Source: Candidatus Latescibacterota bacterium
Lineage (GTDB): Bacteria > Latescibacterota > UBA2968 > GCA-2709665
Direction: 5' to 3'
DNA: 64,000 nucleotides
Assembly: GCA_965116875.1 (NCBI GenBank)
Contig: OZ220733.1
Location: 5,248,001-5,312,000 of the forward strand
In this document: piece after piece, positions 9,550 to 18,623 of the stretch
Numbering within the stretch: position 1 is the stretch's first letter
How the letters are laid out: each line of letters begins with the position of its first letter
The notes under the pieces: model-generated
What the model saw: only the letters and a program-made list of their open reading frames with translations
Databases searched by the model: none
What the model was told of the DNA's origin: nothing
Position numbers and translations under genes: made by a program

Positions 9550-12348
9550 ATGGCTCTCGATCCCTGGTACAAAGTCACCACGCTTCGGAAGGAAGTACGG
9601 GAAGGCCGCTCGTTCAGCCCCGACGAGTTTGCGATTGCGTTAGAGCAGGTCGTCAACGGAACTGCACCGGATGACTACAGCGATCCGGTGCAGTTTTTCT
9701 CACGCACCTGTTTTACACGCGCATTGAATGAGCATGTAGGCATGGTACTCCGCCGTCTTTCCGGGATGACGGAAAACACAGCGCCAGTTCTCACTTTAGT
9801 CACCCAATTTGGCGGTGGCAAGACACATACTCTGACTGCGCTCTACCACATCGCCAAGGTGGGAGTTCGGGCCTCCAGGTTCCCTGGCATTTCGAATCTA
9901 CTGAAGGAAGCCGGGACGCCGGAAGTACCTTCGGCCAGAGTCGGTGTGTTCGCCGGCAATGCGTGGGACCCGTCGGAAGGAAGAGAAACACCATGGATCG
10001 ATCTGGCAAGACAATTGTCGGGTGACAAGGGTGTTGAGGTCCTCGGTCCGTCCGCACAACAGACGCCGCCAGGGACCGAGGCTCTTGGCAAGGTGTTCGC
10101 GGCTGCGGACGCTCCTGTTCTCCTGCTTTTCGACGAGGTACTCAACTTTATTAACCGCCATCGAAAGATGGCCGAGAGTTTCCACGCGTTTCTTCAGAAT
10201 CTGACCGTCGCAGTTACCGGAACCACTCGCGCTGCCGCGGTTATCAGTCTGCCGCGCAGCCAGGTAGAAATGACTGACTGGGATCAGCAGTGGCAGGACC
10301 GAATCACAAAAGTTGTAAGACGCGTCGCCCGGGATCTGATCGCAAATGATGAATCAGAAATCAGCGAGGTCGTGCGCCGCCGACTGTTCGAGGACGTCGG
10401 AAAAGATCGTGTCCGAGCGAAAGTCTCCAAGGCCTATGCAGACTGGTGTTTTGAACGATCTGCTCGCTTACCTTCCGAATGGCTGGCAGTAGATACAGCA
10501 ACCACCGAGGCTAAGGCCCGAGAGTTTTTGCGGGGCCGATTCGAAGCGTGCTATCCCTTTCATCCTGCTACCCTTTCGGTCTTTCAACGTAAATGGCGTG
10601 CGCTTCCTCAATTTCAACAAACACGAGGCGCCCTGGCTATGCTCGCTCAGTGGGTTTCGTGGGCCGCACGCGAACAGTTCAATAAAGCGCGCCGAGAGCC
10701 GCTGATAACGCTTGGATCGGCGCCACTGCACGTGCAGGAGTTTCGGGCTGTGGTCCTTGGCCAGCTGGGTGAGTCTCGCCTTGACGTTGCAATTGACGCG
10801 GATCTTGCGGGGCCGGTGTCACACGCGAGATCCCTCGATGCGGACGCCAGGGGCGCATTACGGGACATTCACCGCCGCGTGGGCACAACCATCCTGTTCG
10901 AGTCATCCGGCGGCCAGGTCGATAAGTTGGCACACTTGCCGGAATTGCGCTTTGCGCTCGGAGATCCCGAAGTCGATACCGCGACCATCGACAACGCAGC
11001 GACAGATCTGGAAAAATCCGGTTTCTTTATTCGCAAGGTGGGTACGGACGGCTATCGTATCCATCACCAGGCAACCCTGAAAAAGGTCGTGAGCGACCGA
11101 TTAGCGTCACTTGACGAAGCCAGGGACATCGATCCTGCACTTTGCAAACTCATCCTGGATGAGTTCAAATCCGGTGCGAGCCTACCGGTGATCGGGTTTC
11201 CGAAGGAGAGCGCCGATATCCACGACTCGCCGCGCCTCGTCCTGGTCATCGCCGACCCCGATACCGAATTGACAGACCCCACATTAAGTCACGTTGGCGA
11301 AGATGCGGCCGTCAAGCGCATTCGGGAGTGGACGAACGAACGGGGTGGTTCGCCGAGGCTCTACCCGGGCTCGACGGTCTGGTGTGTTCGAAGATCCAGT
11401 CAAGAGCTTCGCCAGAAAGTTGCACTTTGGCTGGCTTGGCAGCGAGTCCAACGCGAAATAGGACAAGGCGTACTCGGCGTCGAATACGACCGCTCGGATT
11501 TCACCGACGTTCGCGCCCAGGTTAAGGAGGCTCAAGAGGCAGCAAGAGACGAAGTCTGGGCAAGCTATCGGTTCGTGGCGCTGGCAGAAACACGAGAACC
11601 GCACGGTCTTAAGATCGTAGATCTCGGCGCCGGTCACGCAAGTACTGGTGAGACCCTGTGTGGGCGAATAATCGACGCGTTAAAGTCGGAGGCGCTTCTC
11701 AACGAGTCTGTAGGCGCCAGTTATATCGAACGACACTGGCCACCGGCGTTCAAGGAGTCCGCTGCTTGGCCCTTGACCAGCCTGCGCCAGAGTTTTCTGA
11801 ATGGATCGCTCACCCGGCTGATCGATCCAGACACAGTTCTCCGAACCAAGATTGTTGATTCTGTGATGAACGGAGACTTTGGCCTGGCCTCTGGACCGAC
11901 CAATGATGGGCGATACGAGCGAATCTGGTATACAGAGACTGTTGATGCTGAGGAAGTGGCATTCGAGCCAAACGTCTTCCTTTTGACGAAGAAGAGAGCC
12001 GCGGAACTTCGGGCAACGACGCACGAACCGACGCAGCCACACCCTGAACCTGTGCCACAGCCGGAACCTGAACCTCAACCGGGGCCAGAACCCGCACCCG
12101 GACCAGAACCAGGTCCCGGCTCCGACAAAACTACGCTCAGGCTTTCCGGCAACTTTCCCTCCGAAGTCTGGAACCGTCTTGGAACCAAGTTGCTACCCAA
12201 ACTGCGTGCGGGAGAGGATTTTAGCTCACGAATCGATCTCTCGGTGCGCATCGACTCAGGGTCCTCTGAGAACACAGTCACCGAGTTGCGGCAGATTCTG
12301 GATGACCTTGGCATCGCCGATCGAATCCGAATCGAAGTGTCAAATTAA
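9550..12348 (+). CDS. DUF499 family AAA+ ATPase
   Basis: PDEFA, TQFGGGKTH Walker A, LLLFDE Walker B, YPFHP, FQQTRG. Pro/Glu-rich linker near 12030-12120. Confidence 0.9.
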   Translation: MALDPWYKVTTLRKEVREGRSFSPDEFAIALEQVVNGTAPDDYSDPVQFFSRTCFTRALNEHVGMVLRRLSGMTENTAPVLTLVTQFGGGKTHTLTALYHIAKVGVRASRFPGISNLLKEAGTPEVPSARVGVFAGNAWDPSEGRETPWIDLARQLSGDKGVEVLGPSAQQTPPGTEALGKVFAAADAPVLLLFDEVLNFINRHRKMAESFHAFLQNLTVAVTGTTRAAAVISLPRSQVEMTDWDQQWQDRITKVVRRVARDLIANDESEISEVVRRRLFEDVGKDRVRAKVSKAYADWCFERSARLPSEWLAVDTATTEAKAREFLRGRFEACYPFHPATLSVFQRKWRALPQFQQTRGALAMLAQWVSWAAREQFNKARREPLITLGSAPLHVQEFRAVVLGQLGESRLDVAIDADLAGPVSHARSLDADARGALRDIHRRVGTTILFESSGGQVDKLAHLPELRFALGDPEVDTATIDNAATDLEKSGFFIRKVGTDGYRIHHQATLKKVVSDRLASLDEARDIDPALCKLILDEFKSGASLPVIGFPKESADIHDSPRLVLVIADPDTELTDPTLSHVGEDAAVKRIREWTNERGGSPRLYPGSTVWCVRRSSQELRQKVALWLAWQRVQREIGQGVLGVEYDRSDFTDVRAQVKEAQEAARDEVWASYRFVALAETREPHGLKIVDLGAGHASTGETLCGRIIDALKSEALLNESVGASYIERHWPPAFKESAAWPLTSLRQSFLNGSLTRLIDPDTVLRTKIVDSVMNGDFGLASGPTNDGRYERIWYTETVDAEEVAFEPNVFLLTKKRAAELRATTHEPTQPHPEPVPQPEPEPQPGPEPAPGPEPGPGSDKTTLRLSGNFPSEVWNRLGTKLLPKLRAGEDFSSRIDLSVRIDSGSSENTVTELRQILDDLGIADRIRIEVSN

Positions 12349-12502
12349 CATCTTTTTGTCAACGGCACAAACCGAGGACCAATTCTCGGCAGGTCCTTTC
12401 GATCGGCAACTGTGCGTAGCGCGGTCGTTGGAATTCGCTGGGACAGACGGCGATGTTAGACTGCGCCGGACGTAAACGACATCATCACCCGATGAAGAAA
12501 AC

Positions 12503-13741
12503 ATGAACAAAGCCGATGTGATCGAGCTGATCCAAAGTGGCGAGAACTCCGGTGTCGAGTTCAAGCGCGCCGAACTCCGCCCTGAACAACTCGCTACGGA
12601 AATCGCAGCTCTACTCAATCTGGAAGGTGGGCGCATTCTCCTCGGCGTCGACGACAACGGCTCGGTTACCGGTCTCATCCGCGATTCGCGCAGGGTGGAA
12701 GAGTGGGTTATGGAAACGGCACGTACTCACGTCCTGCCGGCGGCGATTCCCTACTGGGAAACCGTAGATTGGGGAAACGGGAGAATCGTCGGCGTCATAT
12801 CTCTTCCGAGGGACGCGCCGGATAAGCCTTACAAGGCCAGGCGCGGAGGACATTGGATTACGCAGGTGCGCGTCGGAACGACTACGCGCGCTGCAGGGCG
12901 CGAGGAAGAGGAACGGCTCTATCTGCAGGGAGGACAGTTTCGCTATGGACTGAAGCCCGTTCTCGGCACCGGGATCGACTCGCTCAACAGGCGCCATTTA
13001 CGAGACTATTTCAGCCGCGTTCTGGGCAGCAGCATTCCTCCCGCAGACGACGTCGATCAGTGGCAAAGGCTGTTGCAAAACCTGGACCTTGCAACTCGGT
13101 CACCGGGTCGGATCGCCGCGACCGTTGACGGAATGCTCCTGTTTGGCAAGGACTCAAAGCGGTTTCTTCCTCAATCGGGCATTCGAGCAATATGCTATCC
13201 AGGCCAGGAGCCTGATTATGCAACCCGTGCGGACGAGGATCTCACGGGCCCTATGGCGCCACTCTGCGACCCCGAGGACGGAGAACTCGTCAAGCCGGGG
13301 CTTGTGGACAAGGCCTGGGATTTTGTGCGGCGCAATACGACCCCGTCCGCTTATCTGGAAGGAGCGAGACGAATCGACCGCTGGGAATTCCCTGAAGAAG
13401 CGGTGCGCGAGGTCGTGGTCAACGCCCTCGTACATCGCGACTACAGCATCGTTGGAACCGACATCATGCTTGTCATCTTCTCCGATCGCCTCGATGTCGT
13501 CAGCCCCGGCCGCCTGCCGAACACGGTAACGCCCGAAGGGATGCGATTGGGGATGCGCTACGCACGAAATCAGAATTTAGTGAACGTGATGCGCGACTAC
13601 GGCTACGTGGATGCTCGTGGAATGGGCATTCGGAACAAGATCATTCCCGGCATGTTGGCCCACAACGGCACCGAACCGGACCTGATCGAAGAGGACCACC
13701 GGTTCATCGTGCGCCTGTGGAAGGAACCGAAGCCCTCGTGA
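12503..13741 (+). CDS. Schlafen/AlbA_2 domain protein with RecG-C/HATPase_c_4 domain (putative regulator)
   Basis: GENSGVEFK, AALLNLEGGRILLGVDD, AVREVVVNALVHRDYS, SPGRLP, ARN, GMGI. Confidence 0.85.
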   Translation: MNKADVIELIQSGENSGVEFKRAELRPEQLATEIAALLNLEGGRILLGVDDNGSVTGLIRDSRRVEEWVMETARTHVLPAAIPYWETVDWGNGRIVGVISLPRDAPDKPYKARRGGHWITQVRVGTTTRAAGREEEERLYLQGGQFRYGLKPVLGTGIDSLNRRHLRDYFSRVLGSSIPPADDVDQWQRLLQNLDLATRSPGRIAATVDGMLLFGKDSKRFLPQSGIRAICYPGQEPDYATRADEDLTGPMAPLCDPEDGELVKPGLVDKAWDFVRRNTTPSAYLEGARRIDRWEFPEEAVREVVVNALVHRDYSIVGTDIMLVIFSDRLDVVSPGRLPNTVTPEGMRLGMRYARNQNLVNVMRDYGYVDARGMGIRNKIIPGMLAHNGTEPDLIEEDHRFIVRLWKEPKPS

Positions 13742-13784
13742 TCCCCTGCGAATACAAGCGTTTCGCCGAAGTCGGAGAGACGCC

Positions 13785-14111
13785 ATGAACAAGAGAATGC
13801 TGGACCAGCCGACACTGGACGACATCATCCGGCGCATTGTGGAGGTGGCCGAGCCGGAGAAGATCATCCTCTTCGGGTCCGCCGCCCGGGGCGACATGAA
13901 CCGCCACAGCGACGTCGATCTGCTCATCATCAAGGATGGCGGGGACGCGTTCGATCTGATGGGCGAAATATATATGAATCTGGATGGCGCAGGCGCAGCT
14001 GTGGACGCTGTTGTCGTCACGCCCGACGAGGTAGAGCGGTATAAAAACAGCCATTCGGTGATCATCAAGCCCGCGCTGCGTGAGGGAAGGGTGGTATATG
14101 AGTCCTCCTGA
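13785..14111 (+). CDS. Minimal nucleotidyltransferase (MNT antitoxin)
   Basis: ILFGSAARG...SDVDLL motif; overlaps the HEPN gene. Confidence 0.9.
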   Translation: MNKRMLDQPTLDDIIRRIVEVAEPEKIILFGSAARGDMNRHSDVDLLIIKDGGDAFDLMGEIYMNLDGAGAAVDAVVVTPDEVERYKNSHSVIIKPALREGRVVYESS

Positions 14112-14502
14112 ACGCTTTTCCGCCGACGATCCCAGGGAATGGATGAATCGGGCCAGAAGCAATCTGGCAATGGCCAAGAACCGCATTCCTGATGCCTATC
14201 TGGAAGATCTGTGCTTCCAAGCCCAGCAGGCAGCCGAAAAGGCCATCAAGGCAGTGATGATCGAGTGCGGCATCGACTTCCCCTATGTGAGTGATTTAGC
14301 CCGGCTGCTTTCCCTGCTTGAAGAAGTAGGAGAGAGCATTCCGGAGTTGGTCGTCAAGGCTGAGGAACTTACCCCATACGCTTTGGTCACGCGCTATCCC
14401 GGAACTGTCGGGCCTGTTGGTGAACAAGATTATATGGATGCGGTTAAGAATTCCGAAGTCGTCATTCGCTGGGCTGAGGAATGCATATCGGGATTCCCCT
14501 AG
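14098..14502 (+). CDS. HEPN domain protein (MNT-HEPN pair)
   Basis: CFQAQQAAEKAIKA and TRYP motifs; the usual H of HDL appears as S (VSDL). Confidence 0.85.
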   Translation: MSPPERFSADDPREWMNRARSNLAMAKNRIPDAYLEDLCFQAQQAAEKAIKAVMIECGIDFPYVSDLARLLSLLEEVGESIPELVVKAEELTPYALVTRYPGTVGPVGEQDYMDAVKNSEVVIRWAEECISGFP

Positions 14503-14547
14503 AACGCAAGTGTCTGGCCGAAACCCTTACGGGGAGAAGATCCGATC

Positions 14548-14952
14548 GTGAAAGAGCGGATGCTCACGGACGAAGAGACGGATGTTCGGTACCAAGCCAT
14601 ATTCGGCGATGTGTCAAGAATCGTCGACGCCGCCAGGCGATCGGCCGCTCGGTCAGCGAATTCCGTCATGACTGCCGCGTATTGGATGATCGGCCGTCGT
14701 ATAGTTGAATTTGAACAATCAGGAGAAAAGCGCGCTGAATACGGGACTGCGCTCATCGAAAGACTCTCGACCGACTTAAGGAAGCGCTTCGGGCGTGGAT
14801 TTGGATCTGTCAATCTGAGCCAGATGAAGAAATTCTATTTGCTGTGGTCAGTTGAACGAATTCTTCAGACAGTGTCTGAAAAATTGGAAGATGGAGAAAG
14901 TTCGTCCAAGAGGCCTGCAAAACCTTCGCTGGCTATCCTCGCCACGCGCTGA
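14548..14952 (+). pseudogene. Truncated DUF1016/YhcG N-terminal domain
   Basis: YWMIGRRIVEFEQSGEKRAEYG...FGRGFG..NL.QMKKFY present; stops at 134 aa with no PD-(D/E)XK C-terminal domain. Confidence 0.75.
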
Positions 14953-15016
14953 CCCCGTGGTTCCGAGGCAGCTGAACAGCAGACTTGCATTGCACGTAGA
15001 ACCCATGGAGGATGAC

Positions 15017-15265
15017 ATGATCACTGATCCCGCACTACTCGAGCGCATTACCGTGCGCCCTGATGTCTTTGGTGGTAAGCCCATCATTCGAGACATGCGC
15101 ATCGCAGTGGAACACGTTCTAGGAATGCTTGCGGCAGGCGATACCACAGAGACGATTCTCCAGGAATATCCGATTCTGGAACCGGAAGACATCCAGGCGT
15201 GCCTGCTTTTTGCCCACCGTTCTCTGGCAGGTGACCATGTGCATGAGCGTGTGAAGGTACGGTAA
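15017..15265 (+). CDS. DUF433 antitoxin-like protein
   Basis: ITVRPDVFGGKPIIR.MRIAV...YP.L..EDIQACL; GGAGG RBS. Confidence 0.9.
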   Translation: MITDPALLERITVRPDVFGGKPIIRDMRIAVEHVLGMLAAGDTTETILQEYPILEPEDIQACLLFAHRSLAGDHVHERVKVR

Positions 15266-15270
15266 GCATC

Positions 15271-15645
15271 GTGAAATTCCTTATTGACGTCTGTGTCGCG
15301 TCCCGCAGTTTGTGCACACTTTTGACCGGCTTGGGCTATGATGTCCTGTCGGGCGCGGAAATAGATCCTCGTGCCTCAGATGAAGCCCTGCTCGCACTCG
15401 CATACCAGGAGAAACGGGTGCTCGTCACCGAAGACAAGGACTTCGGCGAACTGGTCTTTGTGAGGCGTTTGCCGCATCCGTGCATCATCCGCTTCGTCGA
15501 TATGCAGGTTGCGGAGAAGGTCGCTGCCATGCGTGAGTTGCTCGAGCGGCACGCGGATGTAATGCACGAGTGCGCTTTGATTGTGGTGACACGGAGACGC
15601 GTGCGGATACGTCTCGGAGAAGGCAACCAGCAGGGTACCAACTAA
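15271..15645 (+). CDS. DUF5615 PIN-like toxin (VapC45-like)
   Basis: MKFLID..V, SDE.LL, RVLVTEDKDFGEL; directly follows DUF433. Confidence 0.9.
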   Translation: MKFLIDVCVASRSLCTLLTGLGYDVLSGAEIDPRASDEALLALAYQEKRVLVTEDKDFGELVFVRRLPHPCIIRFVDMQVAEKVAAMRELLERHADVMHECALIVVTRRRVRIRLGEGNQQGTN

Positions 15646-15654
15646 CGCACAATG

Positions 15655-15742
15655 ACAGCCAATCGGTGATCGTCAAACCTGCGCTGCGTGAGGGAAGGTG
15701 GTATCTGAGTCCCTCTCAGCGCTTCCCGCCCGATGACCTGCG
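15655..15742 (+). repeat. Degenerate duplicate of the MNT 3' end/HEPN 5' end (14047-14139)
   Basis: acagccaatcggtgatcgtcaaacctgcgctgcgtgagggaaggtggtatctgagt versus acagccattcggtgatcatcaagcccgcgctgcgtgagggaagggtggtatatgagt. Confidence 0.85.
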
Positions 15743-16572
15743 AATTAAACATACTTCGATTGCTGTTCGGAACCACGCTTGCCGTCGCCGCGACGGTTGC
15801 GAACCTGTCATCTGCATGGGCAGCGGACGCCAATGCGGAAACCGCACCCGCGAGGATCCGCGCGACGTCCTTTGCGAGGGGTGATTTCTATCTTCTCGGC
15901 GCCGCCGGCCTGGATCTGCGTGCATCGTCGCGGTTCCAGGACAGGAACTGCTCAAGCGAGTCGCCGGCGGCCCTGTATGGATGCGGTACGGGCGTGGACG
16001 GCGCCGCACTCAGCGCCTCGGGCGAATTCGCCAGGACGCCCGGTTTTGAAGTGGGCGCGGGCTACGCTGCGACGAATCGCGTACGCGTCGAAGGCGCCGT
16101 TCAGTACCGTCCGCCGTTCACTTTTCATGGCCGCGCCAACTTCGTGCAGACCTCCGGACGTCAGGACGTTTCGGCCGATATTTCCTCTCTTTCCATACTT
16201 CTCAGTGCCTATGCGGACCTCCCTGGACCGGGCCCGCTCAGCCCCTACCTTGGATGCGGCGGCGGTCTGGCGCGAATGACCATCGGTGAGACGCACATGG
16301 AATTCCCCAGGACGACAACGGTCGTGCCCGGCGCGAGCCGGACAGGTGTCGCGTTCCTGTTGGCCGCCGGCGCTTCCGCACGGATCCGGGAAAAGATAAC
16401 GGTCGACGTCGGTTGGCGGTACACGGACGCCGGCGCCGTGGAAACCGGGCGCGGCAAGGGTCGAGTCGTCTGGCGCGACGGAAGCCGCGAGCCGCTGGAA
16501 CTGGAACTGGCGGAGACGAGCGCGGATCTGGCCAGCCACGGGCTTCGTGTTGCGTTGCGCTACCCACTCTGA
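15733..16572 (+). CDS. Outer membrane beta-barrel protein (Opa/OmpW-like)
   Basis: Signal peptide, FYLLGAAG, AYADL...SPYLG.G.G, VDVGWRY, terminal LRYPL. Start position uncertain. Confidence 0.75.
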   Translation: MTCELNILRLLFGTTLAVAATVANLSSAWAADANAETAPARIRATSFARGDFYLLGAAGLDLRASSRFQDRNCSSESPAALYGCGTGVDGAALSASGEFARTPGFEVGAGYAATNRVRVEGAVQYRPPFTFHGRANFVQTSGRQDVSADISSLSILLSAYADLPGPGPLSPYLGCGGGLARMTIGETHMEFPRTTTVVPGASRTGVAFLLAAGASARIREKITVDVGWRYTDAGAVETGRGKGRVVWRDGSREPLELELAETSADLASHGLRVALRYPL

Positions 16573-16614
16573 GCATTCCCCTCCGGACTGGCTTTATGGT
16601 AAGGATGCAGCCAC

Positions 16615-17274
16615 ATGTCTGCATATAGCGTCTATTTCGCGGGTGAACTCTTCGACCATAAACATCTCATCGGCAACGCCATCCTGGCTGATGCCATAGA
16701 ACGGTATTCGGACGGCAGGTACACCTGCGTGGTGCCGCAGCACCTGGAACAAGCCACCGGACGGGCGGTTGATATCCGCAATCAGGACCTGAAGCAGGTA
16801 ATGGCTTGCGATCTGGGCCTCTTCAACTTCGACGGGACGGACCTGGACTCCGGAACGGTCGTGGAGTTTATGGTGGCAAAGTTCCTGGATATCCCATCGG
16901 TGATTCTGCGCTCCGACTTCCGTTCTTCCGGCGACCAGGACAAGGATGGAGACGACTGGAACCTGATGTGCTCCTTCTACCCTCGCGTCCGCGTACTCGG
17001 GTTCAACGGGATGGCCTGGTACCAGGAAGCGCGGGACGGCTCTTCGAATCTGGCTGAGTGTACAGACCGATTGTACGCCAGGATTGCCCGCGCCGTCATC
17101 GAGCAACTGGACGCGGTACGCGCCGAACCGCCCGTGGATGAATCCGATGAGGCACGAATACACGCCCTGTACGCGTGGGCGACGCGCTTCCCGGGAGGCG
17201 GGCTGGAGGCCTTCTGCGGACCTGATTTCGTGGACGAGGTGATCGAGTCCAAGAGAAGGAAGGGTCTGCTTTAA
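16615..17274 (+). CDS. Nucleoside 2-deoxyribosyltransferase family protein
   Basis: VYFAGELF, PQ, FDG.DLDSGTVVE, RSDFR, WNLM. Confidence 0.85.
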   Translation: MSAYSVYFAGELFDHKHLIGNAILADAIERYSDGRYTCVVPQHLEQATGRAVDIRNQDLKQVMACDLGLFNFDGTDLDSGTVVEFMVAKFLDIPSVILRSDFRSSGDQDKDGDDWNLMCSFYPRVRVLGFNGMAWYQEARDGSSNLAECTDRLYARIARAVIEQLDAVRAEPPVDESDEARIHALYAWATRFPGGGLEAFCGPDFVDEVIESKRRKGLL

Positions 17275-17313
17275 GGGAACGAACGGCCTGCCGTTCTCTT
17301 TGCTGTCGGTCTT

Positions 17314-17342
17314 CATCCTGCACATCCTGTCCATCCATGTAA
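17314..17342 (+). repeat. Short dispersed motif CATCCTG-CACATCCTG-TCCATCCATGT (copy 1 of 3)
   Basis: Matches the reverse complement of 38711-38735 at 24/25 positions; more loosely matches 57699-57726. Confidence 0.65.
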
Positions 17343-17382
17343 GTCCAGGTCGTTTCAAATTGTGCCAACTCAGGAGCTTGAT

Positions 17383-18537
17383 ATGTACGATATACGGGGA
17401 GGCCTTGCCCGCCTTCAGTCTAACCGCACCGGCCGCCACTCCTCCTGGGATACGACCGGGCGAAACAGTGACGCGTGGACCATCGAGCCGGGTGAGACCC
17501 GACTCCTGGCCGACGTCGAAGGCCCTGCATGCATCACCCATCTCTGGTTCACCCAGAGCAACCACTACCGCGAGTGCCTGCTGAAGATCACCTGGGACGA
17601 TGCCGATGAACCCAGCGTAATCTGTCCGCTCGGCGACTTTTTCGGACTGGGCCACGGCATTGTCAACTCCTACCAGTCGTTGCTTTTCACCGCGTCGACC
17701 AACCATAACAACGAGTTCGAGTCCGGGTGCGCGCTCAACGCGTACGTTCCCATGCCCTTTCGCAAGAGAGCGCGGCTTGAGCTGGTCAACGAAAGCGACG
17801 AGCCTCACCGGCAATATTTCTACGTGGACTGGGAGACCTGTCCCGATGGCGTGCCGGCCGATACAGGATATCTCCACTCGGAATTCCGGCGGGAAAACCC
17901 CTTCGGCGGATGGGGACACGAAATCCGGGTCAACACGCCTGAAGCGGATATCGTCAATGCGGGACGCGAGGCATGGGAGAATAACTATCTGATCCTGGAC
18001 GCCGGGGGGCGCGGCCATTACATCGGCTGCAATATCAGCGTCACCAACTTCCAGGGGACCTGGTGGGGCGAGGGCGACGACATGATCTGGGTGGACGGGT
18101 ACAGGTGGCCGCCGGACCTGCACGGCACCGGCAGCGAGGACTATCTGAACCAGGCATGGGGCATGCAACCCAACGCCTTCCTCCGCAACGGCTCCTCAAT
18201 CTACGAGCGCGATACCGACGGCTATCAGACCAGCTATGTGCACCACCTTGAGAACCCCGTTCGCTTCGAGCGGGAAATCAGGGTGACCATCGAGCACGGC
18301 CACGGAAACCACCTGTGCAACGAGATGAGCAGCGTGGCCTACTGGTACGGCGACCGGCCCCGCGCCGCCACGCCGCCGCCCGCGGTGGATCAGCGCATGC
18401 CGGTACTGCGCGACAACCGGGGACGATGGCTGTACGACGCGCGCTCGCAGACCACCTCGCGTACCGTCCCGCTGAATGATGAAATGAAGGACAACAAAGC
18501 CCGCTGGAACCAGGGGAAATCCGTGACCGATCCGTAA
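17383..18537 (+). CDS. DUF2961 / glycoside hydrolase family 172 protein
   Basis: SSWD.TGRNSD, GPACITHLW, PLGDFFG, PMPF, WWGEGDD, GTGSEDY, IEHGH.N, SSVAYWY. Confidence 0.9.
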   Translation: MYDIRGGLARLQSNRTGRHSSWDTTGRNSDAWTIEPGETRLLADVEGPACITHLWFTQSNHYRECLLKITWDDADEPSVICPLGDFFGLGHGIVNSYQSLLFTASTNHNNEFESGCALNAYVPMPFRKRARLELVNESDEPHRQYFYVDWETCPDGVPADTGYLHSEFRRENPFGGWGHEIRVNTPEADIVNAGREAWENNYLILDAGGRGHYIGCNISVTNFQGTWWGEGDDMIWVDGYRWPPDLHGTGSEDYLNQAWGMQPNAFLRNGSSIYERDTDGYQTSYVHHLENPVRFEREIRVTIEHGHGNHLCNEMSSVAYWYGDRPRAATPPPAVDQRMPVLRDNRGRWLYDARSQTTSRTVPLNDEMKDNKARWNQGKSVTDP

Positions 18538-18623
18538 CGCCAGGCGCGGTCGTACATAATACAGAGACAACAGTCCGTTGATAAGGTCCAACCGGGCTGT
18601 TAAGGCGTGGGCGGGAAAAGGCG

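Noticed and set aside
12030-12120. Tandem 18-nt-like repeats
   Set aside because: They encode the PEPxP linker of the DUF499 protein; an ordinary low-complexity coding repeat.
16594-18168. 524-aa minus-strand ORF and other long antisense ORFs (e.g. 58884-60023, 36683-37603)
   Set aside because: Shadow frames opposite well-supported genes in GC-rich DNA; no motifs.
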